Source: Glaucostegus cemiculus (lineage: Eukaryota). Taken from it: a DNA stretch of 64,000 nucleotides. The notes under the pieces were generated by a model that saw nothing but the letters and a program-made list of their open reading frames with translations, had not been told where the DNA came from and searched no databases. Made by a program: the position numbers and the translations under genes. The stretch is from assembly GCA_976551045.1 (NCBI GenBank), contig CDPCPM010000370.1:1674001-1738000 (forward strand), written 5' to 3'. Shown here piece by piece: positions 26,591-39,902 of the stretch (the first letter of the stretch is position 1; the number at the start of each line of letters is the position of its first letter).

Positions 26591-29500
26591 GTATGTCTCG
26601 GAATGTATGATCTCACGTGTTTCCAGATAAAGTAGATACAATACTCTTCTGCTCAACAGACCAGACGGTTGATGTTCTTTGTATTCTAAACTCTAACATG
26701 ATGCCCTGCTCGAAGACTTATCTTCTCAATTGCCACTTGAATGAAGATCCCCTTATTCACAAGCCACATAAATTGCTCGGAGTTTCGCCCGCGATGCCAT
26801 TCTGGAAATTATCGCCTTCCGGCTTAACACCATCCCCCCTCCCGGCCGAATTTTGTAAATTTCAATGAAGACCATTCAGGTTCTCGAGCTCGACATGCTT
26901 CACGCCCATTGACCTAATGAGGCAACAGCCTCGATCCACCCTAATTTACATCCTGTTGCCGGTCTCGAAGACACGTTGTTTGGACCTGTACGAAAAGGTG
27001 AGCCTCTGGGGATTTGTATTGGGGTATAAGTAAAGGCATATCACTTATTCACACACTTTGCATGTTTATAAACACATTTTATTCCTAATAACGTTGGGGA
27101 TCCTTGGGAACTGGTGATAGTAGGGCCGAGAGGGACATCAGTATGAGTATGAAATCTGGATGATACCATGCATGAAATGAAGTGTTGCTGACCTCATCGC
27201 GCTATTGAGAAACCGATGGAGTCAGAGTAGCAATTATCGATCAAAGATCTGGCGCCAGTATTGGGAAAATATTAGTGAAAACATAATACCCCAGCATATG
27301 GAAACAGAAACAGAATGGGCTATTGTCAACATTGATTTACCAGAGAAAAGTCCTGTCATAAGCATTAGCTATTTTATAAGGATGTAACTAATGGAGCGGG
27401 TGAAATGGAATCAATGGATGTGATGCGATTGGAATTGCAGGAGGCTGTCAAAGACGTCTCTCCTTGGGAAATCAGTGTGCAAAGATAAAACAGATGGAAT
27501 TGAATCATCATGCTAGTTGTTAGACTGCAAGCAAAAGTTTGGAGTAAACGGATCCCTTTCTATGTAACAGGCAGTTATGAATGGAGCTAAACTCTCCCCT
27601 CCACTAACCTTCCACACAGCGGTCCTCATGCCATCAGCTATTCATTGTCCATAAGTATATCCGAAAACTTCATCGACATCCTGGAGCACCCTCTTGTTGA
27701 TGGAACAGATTCTCGGTTTGAGAGTGTGGTTGGTTTTCTTCTGTTCACTTGGACCCAAGCATCTTCTGCAACTTAGATTAAAATGGATCTCTCGGCGTGC
27801 TTGTATGCATTCATGTGGAAAGGCAGTGGTACAAAAGCATGATGATCTGATCCACTTTTTGTGACGCTTGCTCTTGCTCTCCAGATCTGTCTCTTTCTCG
27901 TTCTTCCTCCAGGAGTGCGCATGATATCATTGACACAAAATATGAGGCAGCACGGAGTTTTAAAGATTAAGCGGAAACAGATGAGAAAGTAGATCTTGGC
28001 AGAGAGAAATTGCGTTCACGTGTTTAATGTCCATTGGAACTGGTGGAAGTTGAATCTTCCATTCTTGTGGATAAAGTGTTCTCCGTTCCTGTGTCGTTGG
28101 TAAGTGAAATAACTACACGCCCTTATTTTGATCGAGAAATATGGGTACTTGCATATGATAGCTGAGCAATCGATCAGATCTACAGATCGGCAGCTGTCGA
28201 TCGGTAGGAGGTTTTCTGTAAGCTCTGGTCTCTGCTCCCATTTACACCTCGTTCGTCCCTCACGCAGAGGCTTCGTCATGCGGATAAAAATCTTTTCCAC
28301 AGGTTTTCACTCTCTCTCAAACTTCCATATTTAGTCTAACCATCAGAGAGATTCGTATACAACGCGTTACCATGCCCTCACCTATCAGAGATATTCCCTC
28401 TTCTCTCCAACTCATTCCATGTCCGCAAGATAAACCGAACATAATTTCTCACAATCCCATGTCTGTAGAAGTGACTTCATTTTGAAATGTTTTCTCTGTT
28501 TCAGGTTACCGCTTGCTACCCGACATATTGGGTATTTTCAGACTTTCTTTACATTTCAGATGTTCAGCACATGCAGTTACCCTTTGTTATTTGTTTGTTT
28601 TCAATTAGCGTTTAGGAACCAATCCGCACGAACCAATTCACTATGTCAGTGCAGCAACACTGTTATCACTTTGCACTGCCACGAATATTATTTTGTTTTA
28701 ATTGTGTTCTTTATTGTAAAACTTGTGAATAATTTATATTTGATTTATATTTTTCTTTCGACTGTTGTGTTTATGATGTTAGCGATGCTGTTGCAAGTTC
28801 GGTTTACAATGCAAATGCGCACACTTGTGCGGGTGCGTGGGACAATAAACTCAATGGTGACTTTCGATTTTGTCATTGAGAAATTTTAGGAACTGATAAT
28901 GTTTGGCTTCACATACTCAAACACTTCTGCCCTCCTTCAACAAGTTTGAAAATATTTGGGGAACTTTTCCAGCCATACTGATCAAGTTTGAAGTACTTTA
29001 TTTCCTTTTCCTCTCTGTTCACCTCTGTTCCAGCAGTTTTGTTCTTCTGGCACACATTCCATTAAAAAATGTGAGTGGAGTCAATTCTGATAATCTGCTG
29101 AGTGAAGAATATTTCGGAACTGACTACACGCTATTTTGGTGTGACTTGCAGTTAATTCTCTGCGTCGAAAGTGACCGGGGGACGATGAGCTGGGAAGAAC
29201 GCCGATGAGAGAACAGAGCCCGGCATTCAGGTGGCTGCAGGGTCCCAATTAGCACTTGCTTAGAGGCAATGTAAAATTCAGCTAATTAGAGGATATTCAG
29301 TTGTATTGTAGACTTCTGAACAATTATTCCGAAGTAACAATTATAAATGCAGTCGGGAAGCAAAGGTTATCGCCTGAAATTACTTTTTTCCTGCAATTGT
29401 TTTGTTGTGTGCACTGTCGTTTATGTTAACACGAGTAGTCTGTGAACTCACAAAGACCTCCATTTAGTGACCAACGTTTCGCTGTTTGAAACGAAACTAC

Positions 29501-29947
29501 TTTTGTCGGCAACAACTGACTTCCTGTTTTTCCAGTTTTTTCAGGAGTTTCTTAAATAAAAAGTGAATTATCTTTTCATGAACGAGTCATTTACATATTA
29601 TACCATTTTATATTTTGAAGTTGCTGTGAAAGAACGATGAAACGTCCTTTGAATGTCACCCCAGCACATTGACAAAACCAGACAAATTGGATTCTTTGAA
29701 AAGCAAAATAAAACTACAATCGAGAAAATCTGAAATAAAACTGATGATGGTTTATAATTTCAGCACGTCAGCCAGCCTCGGTGGAAATAGAAACAGTGTT
29801 ACAGAATGTGTGTTGTCGTTACTCCCACGAGTCTGCATTGCGGCTCCAGTTTAAAGATCATAGTGTCGGCGCCGGTTTTTAATCTGGCGAAATTGCAGCG
29901 GAGATGTCCGGAAATTGACGTCGATTCTGCAAAACATTTACCCTATT

Positions 29948-30019
29948 TTCCCTGACCGGGAATCGAACCCGGGCAGCAGCGGGGAAAGCGCTGAATCCTG
30001 ACCACTAGACCATTAGGGA
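29948..30019 (-). tRNA. tRNA-Glu (UUC), possibly a pseudogene
   Basis: TCCCTAATGGTCTAGTGGTCAGGATTCAGCGCTTTCCCCGCTGCTGCCCGGGTTCGATTCCCGGTCAGGGAA (72 nt). A/B boxes intact, perfect anticodon and T stems, one acceptor-stem mismatch, position 37 is C; TTTT about 16 nt downstream. Confidence 0.85.
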
Positions 30020-30319
30020 GACTGGTGAAGGAATTGACGAGATTGTCTGCTAAAAATTGTCCAACCAAATCATCCCTGAGCGGTAGACCTTAAGGACGGT
30101 GAGGTTGGTCGGCTCGTGAGCTTTTGCTGCCTTCTGATGGAACACTGCGCGAAACTTTTGTCTTCAAGTTGGTGCAGAAGCGATTCACAGTGTTTTAGAA
30201 ATTGAAAAGAAATCCAGATTTCCGAGGTATGGACGAAGTCGAACATTAAATTTGAAATCACTAAGGTAAACTGAGGATTTGTCTCAAAATGCAAGCGCCC
30301 TGTATTCTGAAATTCAAAC

Positions 30320-30508
30320 CGGAATTTCCAGTCCCTGGGCACGCAGCTCAGGTTTACTCTGACGATAATCATTATTGAACATAATATGATTTCCAAAACA
30401 TACTCCTCTTCAGCATTTCACAGCTCATATAAACTTCCCAGTTTCACTGTCTCGGCGCAGCAGCTGAGAGGCTCCGCAGATTACTTCTGCGCCTTGAGAG
30501 TCACTCTG
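30320..30508 (+). pseudogene. TCR alpha/delta V relic (3' part)
   Basis: 'SFTVSAQQLRGSADYFCALR' followed by heptamer CACTCTG (30502-30508); nonamer lost; upstream 'FQSLGTQLRFTL' resembles FR2. Confidence 0.65.
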
Positions 30509-32726
30509 AGAGAAACAAGTGAAAGCCTCGCCCCGACAGGCCGCCCGCTGTTTGGATCTCCGATGCCCCTCTGACGCCACGCGCAACCCCGAGTTTGTGT
30601 TATTTATCTACATCCCGCGGACTGGCACCAAAGCCTGTGCATTTGCCCTGGCGCTTCACCTGTCACCCACTAGGATCAGCCTCGATGGAATCCCTGTCTG
30701 CAAATTGTTGGCTGCTGCCCTCGCCTGTTCTTTGCAGAGTCTCGGAATTTCCCCAGCTGATTGGAATCGAAACCACTCACGCTCACAGTTCCTCGATGCA
30801 CAAAGTTGTTTCCAATCTTTGTGTGTGCAGCCTCGATGTATATAGGTGGCTCGCTGAACGTAGATCTGGCAATTCTGGCATTGTTTACTTTTGCACTGTT
30901 CTATGTTACGCCCCTGGAAATAAAAGCTCTTGCGGAATCCTAGTGGCGATCTCTCTGTCTGTTTACAGACAGCAGATCAACCACCTTTTGGTGTATACTT
31001 GATATTAGATTACTGACGTGTGGGCTGAGGTTGAAAAGTGCAGGATGTAGCTGAGTTTGCAGTAGGACGGTAATGTGACCTAATGTCACTCAGCATGTGA
31101 TGATCAACTGGGATAGTCCTGCAAAAGCAAATCAGATTTGTCCCATGCATAAACGTGTGGGGTTAACGGGACACACCTGTCTCAGCAATCAGTGGTGCAC
31201 TATTACAATTCTGTCAAATCTTACAGAACAAGGAATGTAGTTCCGGATAACGTGCTGTTTTCCCACGGCAGACAAGAATGCTACTTTGCATATCAAGTTC
31301 CAGGTTTTCTCCCAAAGTCTTCTATCATTTTCAGCTCCATTTCTTTTCCAATAATTCTGCAGTACAATACGTCAACTCTCATCTCTCAATACATCTGCCA
31401 GGCCGTTACACTGACCGTAATTTACAGCAGCCAATTCGTTACGTTACCATGGCAATGGGATTCAATTGGAAAACGAGGGTAATGGGTGCTCACAGTTCAC
31501 GAACCACACCGGGACCACCTCAGTTTAATATCAACCGAAGGTTACTGGAACAGTGCAGCGGCTGCACGAACGGCTGCATCACTGTCCACTCATCTGAAGT
31601 GTTTTGGTGTTTTGGATTGGATGTGAACCTACTGTGATGGCAGGACGAGACCGAGGACGGACGAGGTGGCAACAATGCCTTCAAATTCCCTGTCAGCCGC
31701 AACAACAAGTTCCCAGCATGCAGGCCGTCCAGTTATCAGTCAAATTGCAAACAACCCTTTGCCACTTCACTTCCCCCAAGCCTCCCTGATACACTCCACA
31801 TGCTGATTTATAACTTTGACCAGTCTTGCCGAAGAGTGCTAGAACTAAAGCATTACCATCGTTTCTCTGTCCACTCACTCTGACTGAACTGGTTGACGGC
31901 AGTTACCGCCTCAGACTCAGCAATGAATACAATGACCAATCCTGCTGTTCTCCTGTGCAATTCATTCAGTGTCATTCATTTGCCTTGTCAGTTTTCAACG
32001 ACTACCGTTATTTTTCTGTAAGCATTATCACAATTTTCATTCATCAGGCTTCCGACATTTTACAGAACCATCTGCTCTCCTCTGATGTGGCAGAAATAGA
32101 GAATTCCCTCCAATTAACACCAGAGGGCGCCGGATCCCCATGAAAAATGTGACGTCATAAACATCGCTACGGAAGGCAGACAAGAATATCAAGCCACATA
32201 GCATTTCTGCGCCTGCATGAAACGAACTAACCAACTTGATCCCACCGACCAACTGTGGATGCGTAACCCTGCAGGTCTGCTCTGCAGCGCTGTTCACCAT
32301 ATTACTTCTGTTCTCAGTTCTCCTTCCACAAATGTTGCCTAAACGAGTGAATCTTCTCAACATTTTCTCCCTTTCTTTGATATGTCCAGGATACGCGGTA
32401 AAAATATCTTCTTCCTGTCTGGGCTATATATCACGAGTTTTATTTCACATCCTGTACGATGAAAATCTTGCATCTACTGATTCCAAAATATGGTTACGGA
32501 ATTGTAAGCACTTCATTCCTGTCCTGTGATATTTGTTATAGACGTGTTAAGTTTGCTTCTTTTCCACGTTCTCTATCCTACGAACAAATCTCACGCTCTT
32601 GTAAACGTTATTATATCATTCCATCTCCAACCACACGCCCACCCAGCCACTGTACTCTACTCCCGCGTTCCATTAACCCAGACGTGGAGTTTTTGAACGA
32701 CGGCGCCCCTGGTTCGTACCGTTGTG

Positions 32727-33240
32727 TCACTCAGCGCGCAGTAATATATTCCGCCGTCAGACAGCTGCACTCCGGCCACGGTAAATTTCGCCTCACTTTT
32801 CGAAATGTCGAAAGACGCTGAAAAACGATCCCCAATGCCTCGTGCTTTGTAAACGGTTCCGTAGGAAGGGACACGCATCAGGAAGATGATGCCGGTGGCT
32901 TGCTTCTGACGGTACAGCAGCAAAGAATATATAGTTGTAGTGGTTGAGAAACTGCAATTAATATTCACCGAGTCTCCTTCAATCCGCCTCAAGTTATCCG
33001 ATTCCTGTGAGACGGAGTCCACTGCACCCATACCTGCAGTAATTTAGAGAAGAATAAATTATTTAAAATAAACTTTTGCGATGCTTGATGTAAATGTGAC
33101 TACCGAGAACAACATAAAACAGTTGGAAGGAAGGGTTAAGACATCAGCGATAACCACAAGAGAAAAATTGGTTCATTTGAAAACTCACTGGTTAAAAGAA
33201 CTGCAGCTTTGAAAATTGAATAAACACGAACAGCGAACAT
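32727..33240 (-). CDS. TRAV: TCR alpha/delta V gene segment, open frame (leader 33240-33189, V exon 33033-32727); Trp41->Leu
   Basis: Leader MFAVRVYSIFKAAVLLT with GTGAG donor. V exon DSVSQESDNLRRIEGDSVNINCSFSTTTTIYSLLLYRQ...DRFSASF...QLSDGGIYYCALSD; RSS CACAACG (32726-32720)+23 bp+TCAAAAACT. Confidence 0.88.
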
Positions 33241-34569
33241 ATTTACAGATGCCAGATTCGAAGATAGAAGAAGGAACGCAAAATTGTTTTCAGAATGGAT
33301 GCTGCCTGATTTCAGTTCTCACTACTGATTGGATCTTTATTGAACGTCCATGAAGTATCCAATCAGCTCGATCATCAAATCAGCAGTGAGTTCGGAAACA
33401 TGAGGTTCTCATTCATCCAATAATCTCGTGGTCTTTCTGTTGTATATTGTTCTCACTCCTCCCACGACTTATTTGCCTCACTGTCATCTGGCAAGTGGCA
33501 CCGGAGCATCTGGGACAGAACTACTAGACTACAACCGTTGTCTCCCCCAGCCTCTCAGGCTCCTGAATTCCCTGGAGAGTTTCCGACCAATGCCACGCCA
33601 AAAGCACTGGTTACCAAAACGGCGTATAAGAACTTTGGCTGCTGCTGAACATGTTATACAACCAGTGTAACAGCCTGAGTTCTCTATTTTCTTCGTCCAG
33701 CTTGGCTTTGCGTTAATTCTGCACTAAATTTGTGTTCTGCAGAAACAGTTTTTATGCAGTATTTGTACCAGTATTTGTAACTTTTTGTCTGCGTTAATTC
33801 GATGTTTTCTGTTTTCTGTACGTGAGTCTGGGGGAAACGGCATTCGTGCCTCCGTGTGATTTTATAGCAAATGGGTTAATAAGAATAAAATAACTTGAAC
33901 GTGAACTGGAACATAATTTATGATGTTACAATAGGAGTGTTTCGGAGTAAAACAACCTACGCCCTTTTGGGATAATCGTAAGACAACTGAACCGCTTTGT
34001 CTTCTGCCAGGCACGGAATGTGAGAGGAAGTTGTCAAGAACAGCGCTGACTAATATTGTTTCCATGCTTAAGGCTCCCAGGGAAAATCAAAGACGTTCAC
34101 TGGCCATTATTGCTTCCTGCAACAGGTAGAAATATTAAATATTAAATTAATATTAATATTCCGCATGTTCTCACAGAGACTGAAACGTTGAAATAGGGTC
34201 CTGCCCAAAATAGACCAGAGTTTATCTCCTTTCGAGCACAGGATTATAATTCTGATCTATTTCATGGGAGTGAGCGAATGTCCTCCGTCTTCAGTGCGCT
34301 GAATGACAGCACGCCTGCTGCGCTGTGGTCAAGTGATGCAGGTTTGCATTGGTCGATTGAATTTCAAAATGATTACTGCAACACCAGCGTTGTTATTTCC
34401 ATCATCTGATGACGGTGATCAATGGGTAACGAAGGGACATGGAGTAAAGTTCTCGATCCAGGGAGGAGGTAGGAACATACTGAGAAAATGGATCCCTGGA
34501 ACAGAGACGCCAACAACTGCAGATCAGTTGGGGATTTGTACGAGGAATTCCCCAGTGTTCACCACTATG

Positions 34570-35120
34570 AGCGTCGGTGCGCACATATATACCACAGAGG
34601 TGCTCAGCAGCAGCTCTGAGATGATCAGAGTGGCGAATTTCGTATGTTTCAGAGAGGCGTGTTCTCCCTAAATCTGCTTTCTAGGAGTATTTGCAAATAT
34701 ACCGCTGGAATATTTCAAAAGAATTGACAAGGTCTGCGCGTCTATATGTTGCTGTTACCAGATCAGGTCACAGTTGCTGCTCAACGTTGTGTCGTATTTT
34801 CAGTTTAGAGTGACAGATGCTCTTCCTGTCCCCATCGCTGAGGACAGCGGTTGACTAACAGCGCCTCCATGATTCGGAACTGGAAAATATGTCCAAAGCA
34901 GGAAATCAATCAGAATGGTGAAGAGAAATTTAGTCAACAATCAATTTCAGCAGGAAGTAGAGAAAGGGAAAATGAAATCCAGGGACTGGATCGGAACAAC
35001 CGTGTTTGAAGAACCTAAATTTTCCGGGTAGAGGAGGATTCCCGTTTGTTATTTACGGGGAAGGAAGTCGTCACCAAGAAATGATAGAAGGTCGATGAAA
35101 GCGCGAGGAAGCTCCGAATT
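34570..35120 (-). pseudogene. TCR alpha/delta V pseudogene (V exon 34879-34570, decayed leader near 35075-35120)
   Basis: GAVSQPLSSAMGTGRASVTLN*KYDTTLSSNCDLIW*QQ...FATLIISELLLSTSVVYMCAP with in-frame stops; RSS CATAGTG (34569-34563)+23 bp+ACAAATCCC. Confidence 0.85.
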
Positions 35121-35672
35121 TGCTCCCTGAGTCTGTCATTCATCATCTCCGAAGCGGTTGGTAGGAGCAGATACCAGTATCGCCACCAGAACAATCGGAA
35201 TTCTCAGCCAAACAATAGCAAACGATCAGCAGCGCCAACTGTCTGGTCAATAACGCAGTGCAGATGAAACCACACAGAGCGAGAGCAGCAAACGAGTCGT
35301 GGGCGGATTGGAGACCCTGTGAAATAACTGAGACCAAGTACACCATCCAATCAGCTGCACCCGGAGCTAAAGGAGCTGGGGAGATTGATAGTCAGTGCAG
35401 AGTTGATCCTGGCCAAAAGCTGCTGTTCGCTGAAAAATTTGACTGAGAATGAAATTAGGAGATGCACGAGGTTAATGAATAATAATATCTTGAACAAGAT
35501 AAATGTTGAAAATATCCCGAACTCTCAGAATAAAATAAACCTGCAGAAAATTCATGTTTCATCTGTGCTCCCCAACTGAATATTCGGACGTGTATTTGAC
35601 ACAAGCTGAATTCTGTTGAAATATCTCACCTTGACAAAGTAAACAAAATGATCGCGTGGAAAATCAATCAAA

Positions 35673-35688
35673 CCACTAGATGGCAGCA
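35673..35688 (+). promoter_or_regulatory. CTCF consensus motif CCACTAGATGGCAGCA
   Basis: Matches the CCASYAGRKGGCRS core; about 550 bp upstream of the minus-strand V leader. Confidence 0.6.
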
Positions 35689-36554
35689 CATGTTCGAGAA
35701 ATGCTTGCTTTCAGCGGACTGACATTGCAAGAAATGTGGTGAATTAGATTGTCAGTTTTCATTTGTCCTCCCATTTGTAGCTGTGCTGGATGGTTGCTGG
35801 ATGGTTTTCTATCGCCAAACGCTCGCCTGCATACGGACAGCACCTACTCGCCCATTATCAACAACAAGACCGACTGTTGGACATCTGACAGGACGATGTG
35901 TCCATTGGAGAATTTGCTCCCGGTCCCCTCCCGGCATATTTCACATCCTCAATAACACGAGAGTCTGCAGAAGGAACGTGCAATGCGCGAGATAGCGGTG
36001 TTAGTTCCCTATGTCTGTTTCATTGATGCTGCTGGGGAAAAAAGCGGTGCATTGTTGAATTAAATTATTTGCCTCAGGTAAAATTCAAGACAATTCCCCA
36101 AGGCGGGATCAACATGAAGTGAAAGTAAAGGAAGAAAAAATCAAAAGCCACACCATTTCTGACAATTTGAATACTTTCTGATGTCGACCAGACCTGAACC
36201 ATACCAGATAGATTATTTTGCAAAGGGAAACCACCTGTCACAATTTCCTCCATATTCTTCACAAACATAACGCGAGTTTCATGTGAGGATTGTCGATGAT
36301 GCATTTGCAGATACCGCCATCCGTTGCTATCAATTGACTACCCCTGCTCACAACTGATCCAGTCTGAGTTGGCAGTATTACCGTCCGAGGAACAACCAAA
36401 CAAAGAGTGAATCGACGAATCGACCGGCGAAGTTCATGAAGGCGAGTTGACGGGTAATAATACACCTCAGGCTGAAGCATGTTCTTTCTGAAGAGGATAT
36501 AACTCTGTCTCTCTCGGTCAGTCTGTCTTTCCATCTGATTCTCCGTCCCTCGCT

Positions 36555-36594
<40 letters not shown>

Positions 36595-38057
36595 CTCTCC
36601 ACTTCTCCCCCCCCCACCCTCTCTCTCTCTCTGTATGTCAGTATGCGTGGGCATGCTGCTTTTCTCGGTCTTTAGAGCGGTCCGAAAGATAATGATAACC
36701 TAACCTCTGATTGCTAGGATCCGACCGCAGACCAGTACGGTCTATCGTTTCATAGTGCCTTGCTTATTCTGTGGGTCAAAGGGCAAAGGCAGCATTTGAC
36801 TGTGTTGCTCAATATGTGCGCCTGATCACAGCCGGTGGATGAGTGCCGAGTCGAAATACTCAATAAATTGACAGGCGATTTAAATCTGACCTGGTTGAAG
36901 GAAAAGCCCAAAAAAATAGGAAAGAGTTTGGTCTTCGTACGCATGTGTGTGCGTCATAGTATCTTTTGTTGTACTTTCAGAATAAGAGGTTCCGAACCAT
37001 ATGTGCAGCAATGAAACGTTTGCAAACGTGAGACAACGTGCGTTTTTTATATTTTAAAAGAGATTTGCTCTTACTCAATAGTAGAGCAGTGTCTTTCCAT
37101 GTGTCAATGTTCGTTCGCTTTGCACGAATAATCAGGGTAAAAGGTCATATCAGCAGAGGCATTCCACTCGTGCAGTGTGATACTTTGTCGCCCTTTTTTG
37201 TGCCATGAATTGCGGACGTCTCTTCTCACCTCGATATTTATGAGTAATCCGCAATATCTCTTAAACTACGAAGGCAGTTTGTTGTGAACAACAGAGCAGC
37301 GCTGTTATTCCGACCTGCCACATTGGATCTGGCGATTCCGCACATGCGAGGTCTGACGATTAGTGAGGTTTAGTGCCCTCGGGCTGAGAAAATTAGAATT
37401 TATCCTCGGGAAAATCACATGCAGTTCACTGCGGCAGTCTCATTCTCCATATTGCTTTCCAAACACAGCCACCAACTTCACCCACCCCCACTCAGAACGT
37501 GTGCACAAAAAATACATTCAAAAGGAAAATTTATTCTCATGAGACTGACCCACACTGCAGATTGTATTAAAGAAACTGAGGTATTTAGCATTCCTGTATA
37601 TCTGCTATAAAATTTCCTGCCCTCTTTTTATCGACAGACCCAGTCAAGAGATGACTAAGTACTGACATTAAATTTAGGGTTGTACAATGGTTTGTTCCCG
37701 TCTCCACTCTGTGCAGTTGCAGTCACTTACTCAGTGACCAGGAACAAATTGGCGACAGATTTCACTTCAACAGCCATTGGCATTACCGTCACTTCCTGGA
37801 TCACTTGTAGCTGAGCTGCCTGCACAATTTCCGCCCTTTTACGCAGTCTCTAATCAGCGTAAACCTGTGAGCTTAACGTCTGCCTGTTGTGTTTGTGGCC
37901 TGGCTCCCTACCTTTGTCTTTGAGTGATCGCTGCAGACAGACGGTCACTCAAAGTTTGGTCGGCATTGGCTGCATCAGCGGGAAAGAGCTCAAGGTGACC
38001 GATCTCTACGCCGCCAGTGCATTTCAAGGATACAGCGTAACAGACTTATCTAGAATT

Positions 38058-38544
38058 ATGTTCGAATACCTGATCACTCTCTTCTTCATCACATCATTTC
38101 TAAGTAAGAGGTTTCTTCCCAGTGGAAATAATCCTGACTTCCGTGATCTGTCAATTATGATTGCTATTGCTATCATGTTAATGATTGATTGGTTATGTTT
38201 CAATAATATTGTTGGTGATAATTTCCTTGTTTTCTATCAGATTAGAGCCTTCAGGATACAGTGGAACAGTCTGAAGCCGAATTGACATTTGAAGAGGGAA
38301 ATAATGTCATGCTGGTCTGCACATTGAAAACCAGCGGTACAATCCCATATGTGTACTGGTACAGACATCCCTCCTCCCAGTCTCCATGGTACATTCTTCA
38401 GGTGATAGGGAACAAGGTATTCAGAGAGACTGGCGTCAAAGATAGATTTTCTGCCATAATCAATTAAACTACCAAAATTGCCGAGCTGTCCATCCGCGAA
38501 GCCGTGATCTCCGATTCCACCCGGTAACTCTGCGCCATGAGATT
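38058..38544 (+). pseudogene. TCR alpha/delta V pseudogene (leader 38058-38103, V exon 38241-38544)
   Basis: Leader MFEYLITLFFITSFL. V exon *SLQDTVEQSEAELTFEEGNNVMLVCTLKTSGTIPYVYWYRH...DRFSAIIN*TTKIAELSIREAVISDSTR*LCAMR has three stops; RSS CACAGTG (38545)+23 bp+ACAAAAGCC. Confidence 0.92.
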
Positions 38545-39689
38545 CACAGTGCTATGAAAAGGCCGCAGACTCGAACAAAAGCCCAGCCTCAGTAAATAGA
38601 TGAGCGCAATGCAGAGGGCGCTGCTACTCAGATAACACAACTACCTTCCAAAATCTTAGAAGGTGTGTGGGGAGTGGACCCTTCGCACATAAAAAAAAGT
38701 ATAACAAAGATTAGAGGAGTACAGGATGATTTTAGCGATGCAATGTACGTGCAGTTGCAGCATACCGATATTTAGATATTGAACTTACTGAAGTGCTCAA
38801 AAATCCCTTTGCGATGGCGTGCTACCCTCTGATGTATTCCATAACCGAAATACAGGAAATAGGCACGGCACTAAAGAGGTTTTTCTTGGGGAGGAAGGTC
38901 GTGAACACGGATGTGATCAACACATTTTCTCCCAATGAAGCTGAAGGATCCGCTCAAATGTGAGCTCAGAAGGGCACGGATCGCAAATGTGAAGGATGTG
39001 TGGACAGAGTCACAAAAAGTATTTTGAGCTTACTTGGTTCTGCAGGCAGCAAGATCAATGCCCGGGGACTGACCATACTGAAGGCCGAGTTTAGTACCGT
39101 TTCGGGATTGTAATTTTTTTTTAATGATCTGTAATTGTTATCCCTAATCCACGATGAATCCAGTTCCTGTTGTTAATCTCACAATTTAGTTGTGCATTCA
39201 CCTAAGGGAAAAAAATACGGTGGTGATGAGAGTGCGAGGGTCTGCAAATGCGACGACAGAACCTGCAGAAAACACATTAGCACATCTCCGGAAGACGAAC
39301 TGCTAGCGAAACAAAGCGGCAATAGGAACTCAGTTGGTCAGGTAGCATCTGTGGAGCCAAGGGATATTTCACGTTTGGGGTTGAGACACTACATCAGGGC
39401 AAAGAGTGGAGAGGAGAGATATGAGGTTAAAAGTGGAAAATGGAGGGGTAGTCAGGAGTTGGCTATGCCCTAAGATTGCACGGTTCTGCGATTTGTGCTC
39501 TTTGACTTTGGCCATGTTCTGATTTTTCCCTGTCATTTTTCGTAAAGCAGGAGACGTTTTGCCTATGTTTCCCTTCAGAAAACCATTTCCTCTCCCGCTG
39601 TCTCACTACGGCGGGGACTAAGTTGCTTTTCACTGCTTTGCAATCTGCGAGAGGTTCATATTTGACTCGGAAATGGCCCGTCCCACGGC

Positions 39690-39902
39690 TGAAGTTTCGT
39701 TTGTTCGTCTAAAGCCCTCTCTGATTTAGACGAGACGCTTGCCCCTGACGTCTGAACGGCATTGGTTTAATCAGGGTGATACTGGGATTGTGGATTTGTG
39801 TTACTGCTCGGACAGAGGTTTTACTGATCTGCGAAGTCAGAGACTCAGGGTGTACCATGCAGAAGCGCCCCATGGGTCTCCTCATCATTATATCTCTTCT
39901 CG
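39690..39902 (+). pseudogene. Orphan V promoter + leader exon (39857-39902) of the family of the 50724 gene; splice donor mutated
   Basis: 'agactcagggtgtaccATG' MQKRPMGLLIIISLL then TTAAGT instead of GTAAGT; homologous to 'agactcagggagtgtcatcATG' MNNRLTPLFIILSLF; no recognisable V exon follows. Confidence 0.6.

Noticed and set aside
36259-36510. 'LQPEVYYY' and 'ATDGGICKC' Ig-like fragments on the minus strand
   Set aside because: Motif spacing is inconsistent with one V domain and there is no RSS.
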